Part shown: positions 61,742-64,000 of the stretch, piece after piece | Layout: each line of letters opens with the position of its first letter | How positions within the stretch are numbered: the stretch's first letter is position 1 | DNA from: Microbotryum violaceum | Taxonomy: Eukaryota | Direction: 5' to 3' | Length of the DNA stretch: 64,000 bases | NCBI GenBank assembly: GCA_001244265.2 | Contig: CDLV01000019.1 | Coordinates: 186,001-250,000, forward strand | Program-made: the position numbers and the translations under genes | Notes under the pieces: model-generated | Told to the model about the DNA's origin: nothing | The model's input: only the letters and a program-made list of their open reading frames with translations | The model's database searches: none

Positions 61742-63839
61742 TTGGAAGACCAGGTCCCCCTGTCGCCCCACCATGATTCGCCCGACGACTCATGGTCGCC
61801 TCCTGTTCACCCTCCCCACTCCCTCCTTGCTGGCATCGGGCCGGCACCCCGCATTCAGCGTCGATTCCATTTCGGTCCCCCCTCTTCGGACCCACCCACC
61901 ACACCCCTCTCTCCTCCACCGCGTCCGGCCTGGCAGGGCCGCTCGCGCGCGCAACCTACACCCCAGCGCAACTTCATCTCATACGGCAGGCACACCGCAT
62001 GTACCCGTCCCAATTCAGTTTCGTCCGCACAATTGACGACACGAAATTCGAAACTCTTCTCCAACTGTAAGGCTCGGTTGCCTTACGCTATTTAACTACC
62101 CTTCTGATTTCAATATGCATCTATTGAAATCGTCAGTCTTTTGGACCGTGTAACCTAGTCGTGAAGGGCCTGGGGTATTACACCAACATCCCGATTGCGC
62201 CCTCGTCCGATCGTTCGTTCACGGTTTCCGGTCAGAAGGGTTTGAACCAGAGCACAATGGCAGCGTGGCCTCTGGGGACAACCCCGTGACACTCACCTTC
62301 CCGCATTCGGAAGATCATCGCAGCTTCATCCAGACAACAATCGACGTCAAAGTTGCAAAAGGCTGGCTTTCTCCCGGCACCGCGTTCCCCATCCCTGGGG
62401 CTACCTATAGCCCGGTCTTTGTGGTCGAGTCAGCCAACCACAGAATGCGAGTCGTCGCCGATCACACAAGGTCTGGCCTCAATGATGGCATATCTTGTGC
62501 GGCTTGCCCGACGGTCTACAACTCTATCATTGACTTCATTCGTCTGCTCCGGTAGCACCGCTTTGCCACCAGCTTGCTCTCGGCTAACTCGGTCCTGTGG
62601 AAGCTCGACGTCTCTTCGGCATTCAAAGTCCTCGTGATGTCTAAGGATTGGCAGGCCCGCCAGGGCATAGCGATACGCTGCCAATTGCCTGACGGGGCAC
62701 TGGTTACGTGGTATCATATCGAATGGCGCGGGGTCTTCGGATGTTGCGCGATGCCCTTCCTCTGGACACGTTTCATGTCACTCGTCGTTTGGATAGCTCA
62801 TCACTCCTACGGCATTGAGCACCCCCTCGCCTACATGGACGACGCCTTTGGGGTTGATATCGAGGGCCGTCTAGTTCCTTTCGTTCATAACGGTGAGACC
62901 CATGTCATTCCCTTGCAGCAAGCGCGGATGGCAACTCTCCGGAGCTCACTCGGGCTCCCGTTCAAGCTCACGCCCGACAAAGCCCCCTTTGGCCGACGCG
63001 TGACCATCACGGGTATATACTGCGACCTCGACGACTTCTCGATCTCCCTCACACCAAAAACAGTCAACGACCTCGCTACGGCCATCCAGGCTTTCCTGGA
63101 CTTCCCCGGTAGGTGCCCACCTCTGCGGCAATGGCGCCAAATGACAGGCTGGCTCAGCTGGGCTCTGAACATTGCCCCTCAAGCCCGCCCACACGTTACT
63201 CCGCTGTACAACAAGATCGGCACAAAAACGCGGCCCAATGCTGGCGTCCCAATCAACCTGGAAGTCCGCGAGGCGCTCACCTCCATTGCCCACCTGTTGG
63301 CGGCCACCCCGAGGCTCGACCTCAATGCGACCAGCCTCACCCGTTGGTCTCTCTCCGACGCAGATCTCGTCATCTACACCTGTCTCCATAACAACGACGA
63401 CACAGGCGCCGGGCTGGGATTCTGGTTCGCGTCGCCCGGGCAGTGCCACTACTTCACCGCTTGCCCCGGTCGATTCTACAAATGCATCCAGTTTGTGGAA
63501 GCCCTTACCGTCGTGGTTGCCCTCGACCTTGCAACATTGGGCGCCTTCGGCTCCTTCCGGCGCGTTCTGGTGCGCACCGACTCCGCCCCCGCGGTGTACG
63601 CCCTCGACTTGGGCGCCTGCTCCGACACCAAGTTCCTCCCGTTGCGTACTCTGACCCTGCGAGCTTTCGCCACCGCTTCCTCTCGGCGCTTCGACCTCAA
63701 AGTCCAACACGTCGCTGGTAAGCTCAACACGACAGCCGATGACCTGTCCTGTCTCCCGCTTGCGCGACTTCGCCGCGATTTCCCCGCCATTCATGACTTC
63801 GACCCCTCCCTGCGCATGCTGGAGGGGACGCCGTTATGA
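61742..63839 (+). pseudogene. RT-RNase H of the YR retrotransposon (frameshift, insert at about 62067-62178, stop at 62553)
   Basis: DDTKFETLL..HPD..VRSFVHGFR.EGF, SPVFVV, MRVVADH, LNDGI, YMDDAFG, GWLSWALN. Confidence 0.88.
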
Positions 63840-64000
63840 CACCCACAACACCAGGGGTCGGACGAGGCGTATCCTTCGCCTCCCGGCTCCTGCCCGGACC
63901 GCGTCTACACATGGTCCATCCGCTCGCGGACGACATCGCGTTCTCCGACGAGTTTGTGGCTCGGGCACTCGAACCTTGCACTCGCTCGGACTATCAGCGC
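63836..64000 (+). CDS. N-terminus of probable tyrosine recombinase ORF (partial)
   Basis: ATGA overlap with the RT stop. ...ARALEPCTRSDYQR resembles the N-terminal AL.PST..xY motif of DIRS recombinases; catalytic residues lie outside the window. Confidence 0.6.
   Translation, partial: MTPTTPGVGRGVSFASRLLPGPRLHMVHPLADDIAFSDEFVARALEPCTRSDYQR

Larger units (their letters stand above)
59364..64000 (+). mobile_element. DIRS/Ngaro-type tyrosine-recombinase retrotransposon (continues beyond the window)
   Basis: Terminal repeat, then gag-like ORF with a C/H finger, RT (KLDVSSAFK, VFGC, YMDD), RNase H (RTDS...AGKLNTTADDLS), then the start of a probable YR ORF. Confidence 0.9.

Noticed and set aside
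62099-62240. CCCTTCTGA...TCAGAAGGG as piggyBac-like TIRs
   Set aside because: The right-hand match is RT coding sequence (FRSEGF) and there is no TTAA duplication.

Overview
Eukaryotic, intron-rich, GC-rich fungal DNA, most consistent with a Pucciniomycotina/Microbotryomycetes basidiomycete. This is inferred from the single-chain ATP-citrate lyase, short GT-AG introns and TCG>TTG decay of repeats. Host genes are TSC10-like ketosphinganine reductase, OLE1, ACL1, an ER FKBP ending in KDEL, PEX13, NAS2/PSMD9, a DUF4449-type protein, a His-rich fungal protein and TAF12. They are separated by dense, nested transposon islands. (i) A family of AGGACCC-terminated DNA transposons; the longest copy has an 8-bp TSD and encodes a decayed P-element-like transposase fused to a Ulp1/C48-like protease. 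(ii) Three L1/Tx1-like LINE copies. (iii) An APE-RT-RNaseH non-LTR element. (iv) A PIF/Harbinger remnant and TA-flanked fold-back MITEs. (v) A DIRS/Ngaro tyrosine-recombinase retrotransposon running off the right edge. The most striking observation is that the 5' terminal region of the DIRS/Ngaro element (59364-59846) is an exactly spliced version of a solo copy at 27183-28044, which still carries three canonical spliceosomal introns. Exon boundaries were read by eye and family names come from motif recognition; no database searches were run.
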